The translations under genes were made by a program, and so were the position numbers. Below are positions 1-8,246 of a DNA stretch of 17,466 nucleotides, piece by piece. The first letter of the stretch is position 1; every line of letters starts with the position of its first letter. The notes under the pieces are model-generated. The model did no database searches. It had not been told where the DNA came from and was given only the letters and a program-made list of their open reading frames with translations. This stretch comes from Deltaproteobacteria bacterium. Its GTDB lineage: Bacteria; Myxococcota_A; Polyangia; Polyangiales; Houyiibacteriaceae. Where the stretch lies: positions 1 through 17,466 of the forward strand of contig JAXMNT010000088.1 in assembly GCA_034670305.1 (NCBI GenBank). Direction: 5' to 3'.

Positions 1-120
1 ATCGGATGCTCGCTGTACTCGTCGCAGCCCTTCGAGATCGCCGTCTCTACGACAAAACCCAGCGTCGCCTCCCAAAGCCGATCTGACCCTCAAGAGGGCT
101 TGACGGACGGTAGGAGGTCC
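1..120 (+). mobile_element. Right end of a probable IS110-family insertion sequence
   Basis: The transposase-like stop is followed 13 nt later by TTGACGGACGGTAGGAGGTCC (100-120): an outward-reading -35 box near the terminus, as typical of IS110-group right ends. The exact end is uncertain by a few nt. Confidence 0.55.
3..86 (+). CDS. Probable C-terminal fragment of an IS110-family transposase/recombinase (truncated by the window edge)
   Basis: Frame 3 reads RMLAVLVAALRDRRLYDKTQRRLPKPI* (TGA 84-86). This resembles the C-terminal helix of IS110 recombinases (xRLLxVLxAMLRDxxLYD). Only 27 aa are visible and it is not in the ORF track. Confidence 0.65.
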   Translation, partial: RMLAVLVAALRDRRLYDKTQRRLPKPI

Positions 121-298
121 TTGCCCTCCGGATCTTCGTCGAACACAGGGGCAAGGTGCTTCCCTGCCGCCCTCCGGATCTTCGTTGAACAGCGCTCCCC
201 GTGCCCTTGCCATCCTTGTGTCCCCGGCTCTTCGTTGGGCAAACGCCTGGGCGCCCCAAAACGAGGGCAGGGCAAGACCAAGGGCAAGGGCAAGGGAG
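119..298. repeat. REP/BIME-like composite of hairpins and direct repeats
   Basis: Inverted repeat CCTTGCCC (119-126)/GGGCAAGG (149-156). 23-bp direct repeat GCCCTCCGGATCTTCGTYGAACA at 123-145 and 169-191, with a degenerate third copy near 221-240. Imperfect inverted repeat CTCCCCGTGCCCTTGCC (195-211)/GGCAAGGGCAAGGGAG (283-298). Confidence 0.75.
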
Positions 299-314
299 TT
301 CCCAGACTTCCCCG

Positions 315-323
315 TGGTAGAAG
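315..323 (+). promoter_or_regulatory. Putative extended -10 element (TGgTAGAAG), leaderless promoter
   Basis: The hexamer at 318-323 lies exactly 6 nt before ATG 330; the same geometry recurs at other genes in the window. Confidence 0.45.
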
Positions 324-329
324 GCCGGC

Positions 330-1640
330 ATGAAGCCGATTGCGGTCGTTGGACTGGGGTACGTGGGCAGCGTGACCGCTGCCTCACTTGCGGCGCGCGG
401 GCTGCAGGTGCGCGGCATCGACCGGCGCGCTGCGGTGGCCGAAGCCATGAATGCTGCCCGTCCGCCGATCGACGAACCCTCCCTCGACGAGCGCCTCGCC
501 CGAGCTCAATCCCTCGGCACCCTTCGATGCGGCACCGATCCGGCGATGCTCGCCGAGTGCGGCGCGTCGCTCTTGTGTGTGGGCACGCCGGTCGGCGCGG
601 ACGGTGAGCTCGTCGTCGACGACTTGCTGACGGCGCTGTCCGAAGTCGCGGAGCACGCACCCGCGCAGCACGTCGCGGTCATCCGCAGCACGGTGCCGCC
701 GGGCCTGCACGACCGGGCGCGCGCGCTCCTCGACGAGGCCGGTCGCACGGACATCGCCTTGGCGCTCAACCCCGAGTTCCTCCGCGAGGGCAACGCCATC
801 GCCGACCTCGAAGACCCCGAGCTCATCGTGTACGCGACCTTGTCCGAACACGCGGTGGCGTTCGTGGAGGCGCTCTACGCGGCGCAGACCGACCGGCTGC
901 ACCGCACCGATCCGGCGACCTCGGAAGTGCTCAAGTTGGTCAACAACGCGTGGCACGCGCTCAAGGTCGCGTTCGCCAACGAGGTGGCGCGGGTCACGCT
1001 GCCGATCGGTGTCGACCCCTTCGCGGTGATGGCGCTGCTCTGCCAAGACCAGCGCCTCAACACCTCGGCCGCGTACCTGCGTCCGGGTCTGCCTTTCGGC
1101 GGCGCGTGCTTGGTCAAAGACGTCGCGTCCATTCAGACCCACGCGGCCCGCCACGCGGTCGATGCGCCGCTCTTCGGGTCCATTCTGCGCAGCAACGACG
1201 CGCACCTTCAGTTCCTCGTCGACGCGGTGCTGGCACATGCGCCGAAGCGGGTCGCGATCGTCGGGGTCGGATTCAAACCGGGCGCCGCGGACGTGCGCGA
1301 CTCGGCGCCGGTGCGGCTGGTCGGAAAGCTGCTCGATGCGGGGATCCATGTGTCGGTCGCAGACGCCGCGGTGCTCGACGCCCGGGTGCCGCCGCTCGGG
1401 TTGGCCGCACTCGAAGCGGCGCTCGGCGATGGCCGCGCGGTGGCGGAAGAGACGGTCGAGGCAGCGATCCGCGACGCGGAGGTGATCGTGGTCGGCCACC
1501 CGTGCGAAGCAGACCGGCGCGCGCTGGTGGCGCTCGCGCCGACCGTGCCCTTGCTCGACGCGGCTGGAGAGCTGACCCGGCGCCTGAGCGACGCGGAGCG
1601 CGCGAGCCTGCGTCCGGTCGTGGTCGTCGGCGGTTCTTGA
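330..1640 (+). CDS. UDP-glucose/GDP-mannose dehydrogenase family protein (AlgD-like nucleotide-sugar dehydrogenase)
   Basis: Rossmann motif VVGLGYVG, LCVGTP, RSTVPPG, NPEFLREG, KLVNNAWHALKVAFANE, catalytic Cys in PFGGACLVKD, and GFKPGAADVRDS. Confidence 0.93.
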   Translation: MKPIAVVGLGYVGSVTAASLAARGLQVRGIDRRAAVAEAMNAARPPIDEPSLDERLARAQSLGTLRCGTDPAMLAECGASLLCVGTPVGADGELVVDDLLTALSEVAEHAPAQHVAVIRSTVPPGLHDRARALLDEAGRTDIALALNPEFLREGNAIADLEDPELIVYATLSEHAVAFVEALYAAQTDRLHRTDPATSEVLKLVNNAWHALKVAFANEVARVTLPIGVDPFAVMALLCQDQRLNTSAAYLRPGLPFGGACLVKDVASIQTHAARHAVDAPLFGSILRSNDAHLQFLVDAVLAHAPKRVAIVGVGFKPGAADVRDSAPVRLVGKLLDAGIHVSVADAAVLDARVPPLGLAALEAALGDGRAVAEETVEAAIRDAEVIVVGHPCEADRRALVALAPTVPLLDAAGELTRRLSDAERASLRPVVVVGGS

Positions 1641-1653
1641 GGGAGTTTTGGAG

Positions 1654-1659
1654 TAGAGT
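1654..1659 (+). promoter_or_regulatory. Putative -10 element TAGAGT, leaderless promoter
   Basis: TAnnnT hexamer exactly 6 nt before GTG 1666. Confidence 0.5.
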
Positions 1660-1665
1660 GCGCGC

Positions 1666-3267
1666 GTGTCCGACGAAGATCTCCGTGTGCGGCTCGAGGG
1701 ACTCGAAGCGCGAATCCGACTGAACAGCGCGACCGACGACGCGATTGAACTCGCCCAGCGGGACCGGTTGCCCCTCGACCAGACCGTTCAGTCGCTCTTG
1801 CCGCTCCTCGCCTCCCACACCGGCGCGGAGCTCGTGTGGCTGCGCACCTACGACGAGAACCTCGAACTGCGCGACTTCACCTACGGTGGGGCGCCGGGCA
1901 CGTTCGCGATGGATCTGGACGCGGTGGCGGAGGAGACCGCGGACGGCGAGGGGTTTCAGCGCACCGAAGGCGACTACTTCGTCGTGGCGCAGCCGCTCGA
2001 CGTCGCAGGCGAACTCTTCGGCGGCGCGGGGATCGCACTGCGGGGCATGCCGGATCCGACGCGTATTCCGCTGCTGCGCGACCTGCTCCACACGTGGTGC
2101 GAAGAGCTCGACAACTACCTCGCGTCGATCGCGCTCATGCGCCGCAAACACCAAGTGCTCGGCGCGCTCAGCAAGGCGCTGCGGGAGCCGATCATCGACG
2201 TCGGTGTCTCTCGGGCGCTCGAGGTTCTGAGCCAGCACGTGGCGTACGACGATCTGCTGCTCGTCTTTCGCCACGAGGACGACCGGCGGGGCTCGAGCCT
2301 GCACTACAAGATCGTGCAGAACGGCGCCCTCACCCATGACTCGCACGCGCCCGACATGGAGGTCGATGAGTTCTTGCGCGACCACGCGGCGCCGCTTCTC
2401 GAAGGCAGCTCGCGCGAACTGCTCGACCGCTTCGGCGTGGAGGGCGGCCGCGAAGAAGTGCTCATCAGCGGCGTGCGCGAGACCCAGGTGCTCGGCCGGC
2501 TCGTCGTCACGAGCAAACACGGCGAGTTCAACACCTTCGATCGCGATCTGCTCGAGCGCTTCGCCGACACGCTGCGACAGCGGGTGGTCGACTTCAACCG
2601 CGAGTGGAAGGGTCTCTCCCGCATCTTCGATCCGGGCGTGGTGCGGCGCCTGCTCGTCGAAGAAGACTACGTCGAGCGGCTGCTTCGGCCGCGCACGATG
2701 GAGGCCGCGATCTTGTTCGCGGACATCTCCGGCTTCACCCGAATCAGCGAGCAGGTGCTCGTCGCGCCCGAGAAGGTCGGCGCACTCATCGACCGCTGGG
2801 GCGAGAAGGTGGTGCAGATCGTCTGGGACACCGGCGGCGTGTTCGACAAGATGGTCGGCGACTGCGTCATCGCGTTCTGGGGGCCTCCGTTCGGCGACCT
2901 CGACGCACAGGCTGCGTGCCGGGCTGCTGCCGATGCGGCGCGCCAGATCCGCGACTTCACCCACACGCTCTCGACCGGAGAGCTCGTCCCGGACTTGAAG
3001 GACTGCGACCCGCCGCCGGGCGTGGCGACCGGGCTCAACTTCACCACGGTGAGCGTCGGCATCTTCGGGCCGGACGAGGACTACACCGCGTTTGGAAGCG
3101 GCATGAACAACGCGGCGCGCTTGCAGGGCGTCGCCACCAAAGACGAGATCCTCTGCATGGATGCATTCGTCGCGGCGTACGGCGACGCGTCCGCGTTCTC
3201 CGAGGAACGCGAGGCCCAGGTGAAGAACGTCGCCGCCCCCCTCAAGTTCCGCGCGCTCTCCAGCTGA
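1666..3267 (+). CDS. Class III adenylate/guanylate cyclase with N-terminal tandem GAF-like domains
   Basis: Catalytic motifs LFADISGFT, FDKMVGDCVIAFWG and YTAFGSGMNNAARLQ. No transmembrane segment. GAF-like segments AQPLDVAGELFGGAGIA and LGRLVVTSKHGEFNTFDRDLL. Confidence 0.9.
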   Translation: MSDEDLRVRLEGLEARIRLNSATDDAIELAQRDRLPLDQTVQSLLPLLASHTGAELVWLRTYDENLELRDFTYGGAPGTFAMDLDAVAEETADGEGFQRTEGDYFVVAQPLDVAGELFGGAGIALRGMPDPTRIPLLRDLLHTWCEELDNYLASIALMRRKHQVLGALSKALREPIIDVGVSRALEVLSQHVAYDDLLLVFRHEDDRRGSSLHYKIVQNGALTHDSHAPDMEVDEFLRDHAAPLLEGSSRELLDRFGVEGGREEVLISGVRETQVLGRLVVTSKHGEFNTFDRDLLERFADTLRQRVVDFNREWKGLSRIFDPGVVRRLLVEEDYVERLLRPRTMEAAILFADISGFTRISEQVLVAPEKVGALIDRWGEKVVQIVWDTGGVFDKMVGDCVIAFWGPPFGDLDAQAACRAAADAARQIRDFTHTLSTGELVPDLKDCDPPPGVATGLNFTTVSVGIFGPDEDYTAFGSGMNNAARLQGVATKDEILCMDAFVAAYGDASAFSEEREAQVKNVAAPLKFRALSS

Positions 3268-3281
3268 CCTGGAGCTGACGC

Positions 3282-4097
3282 TCAGGCGGGGGTCTTGGCG
3301 CGCAGAAGCTTTTCGACCGGCGCGAGCCAATCGGTCAGGGAGGTGACGAGCTCGGCCACGTCTTCGTCCTGGCGTTCGCCGTAGAGGGTCAGGTCGAGCA
3401 CGAGGTTGGAGACGGCCATCTCGATGAGAGAGACTTCGTCCGTGACGACCGCCCGGTTGTCTTCGTTGTGTTCCGCGCGTCCGACAAGCAACTGGTCGCG
3501 GTCCCGCAAGAGAATGATGCGGTGTTCCCAGTGCTCGGCCAGCTCCGTCTCATCCAGCCCGTAGCTGACGGTTCGTCCGATGGCGGGCAAGGGCGTGAAC
3601 GAGAACAACACCACCTGCACGCCCCGCGCGACCGCGGCTTCGAGCGCTTTGGACAGCCGCTCGGCTTCTCGGCCCCAAAGCGACGCCACCACGCGAGTCT
3701 TGGCTTCGGAGATCAGGTGTTCGGCCTGCTCGAGCATCGCGTCGTAGCCCTCGACCGTCCACGTCACGCCTCCGGCCGGCGGCTTCTCGAGCGCGACGAG
3801 TTCTTCTTTGAGCGCGTCGAGGCTGCGCGAGAAGCGGGTCTCGAGCAGGGCGTACAAACGCTCCGGGGGCAGCGGCACGTAGCGGGCGGGTTTCTCCTGC
3901 ACCGCGTTGATGAGCCCGAGCGCCTGCAGCCGCTTCAACACGTTGTAGACCGCCGAGCGCGGCACGCCCGATCGGGTGGCCAGCTCGTACCCGGTGGCTG
4001 GGTGCTGCTTGAGCAACGCGAGGTACGCACGGGCGTCGGTCGCGTTGAAGCCGAGCGTCTTCATGGCACCGACGACGCGGGTCTCGAGGTCCTCCAC
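3282..4097 (-). CDS. TrmB-family transcriptional regulator
   Basis: N-terminal winged HTH (LGFNATDARAYLALL...TGYELATRSGVPRSAVYNVLKRL...GLI...PARYVPLPPE) plus a PLD-like effector domain (LISEAKTRVVASLW...AVARGVQV). GTG start. Confidence 0.9.
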   Translation of the reverse strand: MEDLETRVVGAMKTLGFNATDARAYLALLKQHPATGYELATRSGVPRSAVYNVLKRLQALGLINAVQEKPARYVPLPPERLYALLETRFSRSLDALKEELVALEKPPAGGVTWTVEGYDAMLEQAEHLISEAKTRVVASLWGREAERLSKALEAAVARGVQVVLFSFTPLPAIGRTVSYGLDETELAEHWEHRIILLRDRDQLLVGRAEHNEDNRAVVTDEVSLIEMAVSNLVLDLTLYGERQDEDVAELVTSLTDWLAPVEKLLRAKTPA

Positions 4098-4103
4098 AGG
4101 CCG

Positions 4104-4109
4104 ACCCTA
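4104..4109 (-). promoter_or_regulatory. Putative -10 element TAGGGT, leaderless promoter of the TrmB gene
   Basis: The minus strand reads TAGGGT-cggcct-GTG (6-nt spacer). Confidence 0.5.
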
Positions 4110-4157
4110 CGTGCCATCCCGACCGGTGGCCAGCGGTCTGGTCGGTGGACCCCGCCG

Positions 4158-4191
4158 GTGGCAACCGGAGTTACCACACTTGATACATCAA
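4158..4191. promoter_or_regulatory. Candidate operators in the divergent intergenic region
   Basis: GTGGCAAC-N4-GTTACCAC (4158-4177, 7/8 inverted match) and TTGAT-AC-ATCAA (4180-4191, perfect arms). Confidence 0.4.
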
Positions 4192-4265
4192 CGGATCTCC
4201 TCCGTCGGAATCATTGATGAAATCGTCGTTCCGTCCATGGCACGATGCATGCTGATGTAGGGAGC

Positions 4266-5591
4266 ATGCGTACATCTACCTACCTGTGTTGGTTCCTGCT
4301 TCTGCCCACCGCGAGCGCGTTCGCGCAGCCTCCATGCGCGGTCCCGCGGTTGCTCTTCAGCCTGGACAAGAGTTCGAGCATGCGGGAGCCGGCGGAGGTC
4401 GGTCAGAGCAAGTGGGACGTCGCCCGAGAGGCCGTGACCGAACTGGTCGCGGCGTTCGGAGATCAGATCGAGATCGGGCTGCAGGTGTTCCCCCATCCGG
4501 ACCGCTGCGAACCGGGGCGCATCCGGATCGAACCCGCGCTCGGCCAAGTGGATGCGCTGGTCGATGCACTCGGCGGTCCACCGCCCGAGGGAGGCCACTG
4601 GACGCCGATCGCGCAGACCCTCGCGCAGCTGGCCGACTACGCGCCGATGCTCGAACCGGATCGCGCCCGCCACGTGGTCCTCCTCACCGATGGTTGGCAG
4701 TGGTGCAGCCCCTACGATCGGTCCACGCGGTTCACCCCGGTCGAAGAGGTCCAGCGCCTCACCGACCTCGGCATGACCGTGCACCTCATCGGGTTCGGGG
4801 TCGGCGTCGATTCGCTGACCCTGAACCGCGCCGCACTCGCCGCCGGAACCGCGATCGCCGGGTGTGATCCGATGCTCTCGGAACCGGCCGCCTCAGGACA
4901 CTGCTACCACCAGGCGCACGACGCCGAGGCGCTGCGGTTGGCGCTCTCGGGCATCGCCCTCGAATTGACCGAAGAGGCCTGCGATGGTTTCGACAACGAC
5001 TGCGACAACGCGATCGACGAAGGCTTCGACGCCGACGGCGATGGGTTCGCGTCGTGCGGAACCGAAGACCGGCCGGCCGATTGCGACGACGCGGATCCCG
5101 GCACCCATCCGGGCGCCATCGAGCACTGCGACGGCCACGACTCCGACTGCGACGGGTCGGTCGACACCGGCTGCGCGTGCATCGAAGGCGCGACGCACGC
5201 GTGTGGTCTCGAACGCGGTGCGTGCACGCCAGGTCTGCAGCGCTGTTTGTCCGGCGCGTGGACCGCGTGCGAAGGCGGGGTGACGCCGCGCGAAGAAGAC
5301 GTGTGCGATGGCACGGACGACGACTGCGACGGAGCGGTGGACGAACACGCGGACTGCGGCCCGGGCAGTCTGTGCGTCGAAGGATCGTGCGCGCCGATCG
5401 AACCGATGGAACCTCCCGCGACCGAACCGATGCCCGAAGTCGACGAACCCCCGCCCATGGCCGGCGGCTGCGGCTGCCGCACGCAGAGCGGCGATCCTGC
5501 GGGACTGGCGCTGGTGCTCTTGCCCGCGTGGGCAGTGCGTTCGTTCAGCCGACGAGGGGGGCGAAGAGGACTTCGACGTCTTCTTCGGTGA
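4266..5591 (+). CDS. Secreted vWA-domain protein with Cys/Asp-rich (MopE-related putative metal-binding) repeats and a MYXO-CTERM sorting tail
   Basis: Signal peptide MRTSTYLCWFLLLPTASAFA. MIDAS motifs DKSSS, WTP and LLTDG. Repeats CDGFDNDCDNAIDEG, CDGHDSDCDGSVDTG, CDGTDDDCDGAVDE. Pro-rich linker, then GGCGC, a hydrophobic stretch and an Arg-rich end. The start could instead be 4245. Confidence 0.88.
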   Translation: MRTSTYLCWFLLLPTASAFAQPPCAVPRLLFSLDKSSSMREPAEVGQSKWDVAREAVTELVAAFGDQIEIGLQVFPHPDRCEPGRIRIEPALGQVDALVDALGGPPPEGGHWTPIAQTLAQLADYAPMLEPDRARHVVLLTDGWQWCSPYDRSTRFTPVEEVQRLTDLGMTVHLIGFGVGVDSLTLNRAALAAGTAIAGCDPMLSEPAASGHCYHQAHDAEALRLALSGIALELTEEACDGFDNDCDNAIDEGFDADGDGFASCGTEDRPADCDDADPGTHPGAIEHCDGHDSDCDGSVDTGCACIEGATHACGLERGACTPGLQRCLSGAWTACEGGVTPREEDVCDGTDDDCDGAVDEHADCGPGSLCVEGSCAPIEPMEPPATEPMPEVDEPPPMAGGCGCRTQSGDPAGLALVLLPAWAVRSFSRRGGRRGLRRLLR

Positions 5592-8034
5592 GCGACGCGT
5601 CCTCTGGAACTTCGCCAGCGAGAATCGCGTCCGCCAAGCGGCGTTTGCGTTCCTGAAGTTTGAGCATGCGTTCTTCGACGCTGCCTTCGATGAAGAGGTC
5701 GTAGACGAAGACGGGCTTCTTCTGGCCGATGCGGTACGCGCGGTCGGTCGCCTGGGCCTGGGCCTGCGGGTTCCACCACGGGTCGTAGTGAATGACGGTG
5801 TCGGCGCTCACGAGGTTGAGCCCGGTGCCGCCCGCCTTGAGGCTGATGAGGAAGACGTCCGCTTCTTGGTTCTCGAAGCGGTCGCAGAGCGCTTGGCGGT
5901 CTTTGGTTTGACCGGTGAGCAAGAAGTGACCGATGTCGCGTTCGGCCATGCCCGCGCTCAGCAGCTTCAGCATGCGCGTGAACTGCGAGAAGACGAGCAC
6001 ACGGTGACCGCCCGCGAGCTGCTGCTCGAGCAACTCGAAGAACGCGTCGTACTTCGCAGACGTCTTCACGAATCGCGCGGACTCCATACGCACGATGCGG
6101 GGGTCGCAGCAGAGCTGCCGCATCTTCATCAGGGCATCGAGCACGGGCACGGTCGCCGCCGCGAGCCCCTTCTTGCGAATGGTCGAGCGCACCTTGTTGT
6201 GCGCCGCGATGCGGATCGCTTCGTAGAGTTCGCGCTGCTTGCCGCTGATCTCGACCGGGCGCAGGAGTTTGGTCTTCGGCGGCAGCTCGGTGGCGACGTC
6301 GAGTTTGAGCCGGCGCAGGATGAACGGCGAGACTTGATCCCGCAGCGCGAGCAAGCGTTCTTCGTCGCCGAACTTCTCGATCGGGGTGCGGTACCAATGG
6401 CGGAACCGTTCTTCGCTCCCGAGGAGATCCGGCTGCAGGAAATCGAAGAGCGACCAGAGCTCGCCGAGGTGGTTCTCGATCGGGGTGCCGGTCAGGCACA
6501 GGCGGTGCTCCGACTCGAGCTGCGACGCCGCGCCGTGCACTTGGCTGCGCTTGTTCTTGATCGCCTGGGCTTCGTCCAAGACGACGAAATGCCAGTGTCT
6601 CGGTTGCAGCAGTTCCAGGTCCCGCGTGAGCAACGGGTAGCTCGTGAGCACGACGTCGGCTTCGGCCGCCATCGGCCAGCTGCGTTTGCGCTGGCTGCCG
6701 TGGTGCAGGTGCACGCGCAGGTGGGGGGCGAACTTCTGCAGCTCCCGCTTCCAGTTGTGCATCAAGCTGGTCGGCGCGATCACGAGCGACGGATGTTCGG
6801 CGCGTCCGGATGCGACCTCGGTGGTCAGGTGCGCGATCGTCTGCAGGGTCTTGCCGAGGCCCATGTCGTCGGCGAGCACACCGCCGCGGCCGTGGGCCCG
6901 AAGGTGCTGGAGCCACGCGAGGCCTTCGCGCTGGTACGGACGCAGGGTCGCTTTGAGGCTGGCCGGCTCGACCACCGGCTCGGGCGCTCCGAGTTCGGCA
7001 CGCTCGCGGACCCGGGCCGGGTCCTTCCACTCGACCGGACGTTCGAGTCCGAGCGCTTCGTCCACCCCTTGAAGGGCGCCGGCACGGATCGCCGGGAAGG
7101 TGAAGTCGTCGTTGCCTTCGTACAGCTCGATCAACACCCGGAGCAGGCCGCGCAAACGCGTGCCTTCCAAGGTGACCGAGTGGGTGTCGTCGATGCGGAG
7201 CGCGACGGAGCGCCCGGGGGTGAGCGCGTGCAGCGACTCGCCGTCCTGTCCGTTGTCGAGCAACTCGAGCAAGGCCGGCATCAAGCTGATCTTCGCGCCG
7301 TTCACTTCGACGCCGAGCTCGAGTCCGAACCAGTCCACCTTCTCTTCGCCGGTGGCGAAGTCGCGGATGGCGTTGGGGCGCACCTCGGCGTACCAGCGGG
7401 GATCGCCCTGCACGACTTGAAAGCGGAAGTCGTCGTCGAACTCGACCTTCCATCCGAGCTCGCGCAGCTGCGGCAACGCCTGCGCGGTGAAGGCGCAGTG
7501 GGTGTGGTGGTCGCCGTCGGCGCGCACGATGTAGTCGGCGTCGATGTCCGGCGGTACCCCAACCGAGTCGAGCGCGTCGATCTCGACGACGCCGAAACTC
7601 TCGAGCACCCGGCGGGCGGCGTGTTCGCGCGCTTCGTCGCGGGGCACCGCTTTGAGTCCCTTGGCCGACGCGGCGTAGAAGCGTTTCTGCGGGTCGTTCG
7701 TGCGGACTCGGGCGCGCAGGTGCGGGTACTCGAAGGCGAGCTGCACGAGCGGCACTTCGATCTCGTCGAGTTCGTCGGTGGTGTGGTCGCGTGCCACCCA
7801 GACGGTGTCGCTGAACACACGGACGCACGGAACGACTTCGCCCGCTTCGCTGAGCGGCGACGCGGTGTCGGCCCGATCGAGTTCGCGCACGGCGGTGCGG
7901 GCTGCGGGAGGCGCAGCGCGTTCGGCGGGCGCTTGGGAACCAGGGGAGGAGAAGGGTTCTGGCGCGCTCGTTTCGAACGCGCCCTTGTCCTTGGAGGGAT
8001 CACATTCGATCCCAGGTCGACTCGTTTCGTTCAC
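5545..8034 (-). CDS. SNF2-family (DEAD/DEAH-box) helicase/ATPase
   Basis: LRPYQREG, LADDMGLGKT, LDEAQAIKN, LTGTPIENHLGELWSL, LVFSQF, SLKAGGTGLNL and DRAYRIGQ. The start is uncertain because the N-terminus is low-complexity. Confidence 0.95.
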   Translation of the reverse strand: MNETSRPGIECDPSKDKGAFETSAPEPFSSPGSQAPAERAAPPAARTAVRELDRADTASPLSEAGEVVPCVRVFSDTVWVARDHTTDELDEIEVPLVQLAFEYPHLRARVRTNDPQKRFYAASAKGLKAVPRDEAREHAARRVLESFGVVEIDALDSVGVPPDIDADYIVRADGDHHTHCAFTAQALPQLRELGWKVEFDDDFRFQVVQGDPRWYAEVRPNAIRDFATGEEKVDWFGLELGVEVNGAKISLMPALLELLDNGQDGESLHALTPGRSVALRIDDTHSVTLEGTRLRGLLRVLIELYEGNDDFTFPAIRAGALQGVDEALGLERPVEWKDPARVRERAELGAPEPVVEPASLKATLRPYQREGLAWLQHLRAHGRGGVLADDMGLGKTLQTIAHLTTEVASGRAEHPSLVIAPTSLMHNWKRELQKFAPHLRVHLHHGSQRKRSWPMAAEADVVLTSYPLLTRDLELLQPRHWHFVVLDEAQAIKNKRSQVHGAASQLESEHRLCLTGTPIENHLGELWSLFDFLQPDLLGSEERFRHWYRTPIEKFGDEERLLALRDQVSPFILRRLKLDVATELPPKTKLLRPVEISGKQRELYEAIRIAAHNKVRSTIRKKGLAAATVPVLDALMKMRQLCCDPRIVRMESARFVKTSAKYDAFFELLEQQLAGGHRVLVFSQFTRMLKLLSAGMAERDIGHFLLTGQTKDRQALCDRFENQEADVFLISLKAGGTGLNLVSADTVIHYDPWWNPQAQAQATDRAYRIGQKKPVFVYDLFIEGSVEERMLKLQERKRRLADAILAGEVPEDASLTEEDVEVLFAPLVG

Positions 8035-8234
8035 GCGCTGTTAGATCACAGCGGAGATCGAGGTGTCCACGAAACGGGGGTGCGCGCAGCGGTGCACCAC
8101 TACATTTGGTGGTCCGCGTCCGATCGGGAACCAATTCGACGGATCCGTCCCGGATCCGTCTGCGCATCGCACGCGATCCCGGCGGGCTCGGATGGCGGGG
8201 AACCACGTGCGTTTGGGAGAGCCGCGCGCTCGGG

Positions 8235-8240
8235 TAGGAT
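8235..8240 (+). promoter_or_regulatory. Putative -10 element TAGGAT, leaderless promoter
   Basis: TAGGAT-gcgcgg-GTG (6-nt spacer); no Shine-Dalgarno at the usual spacing apart from the AGGA inside the hexamer. Confidence 0.5.
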
Positions 8241-8246
8241 GCGCGG

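Noticed and set aside
123-243. Mini CRISPR array
   Set aside because: Only two good repeats and one decayed copy; the spacers are short, self-complementary and made of the local repeat motif; no cas genes in the window.
1273-3330. 685-aa minus-strand ORF and 384..1499
   Set aside because: Antisense shadows of the cyclase and the dehydrogenase.
5545-8034. SNF2 helicase as part of an anti-phage defence system
   Set aside because: No methylase, nuclease or other defence partner nearby; it resembles the common stand-alone bacterial SNF2.
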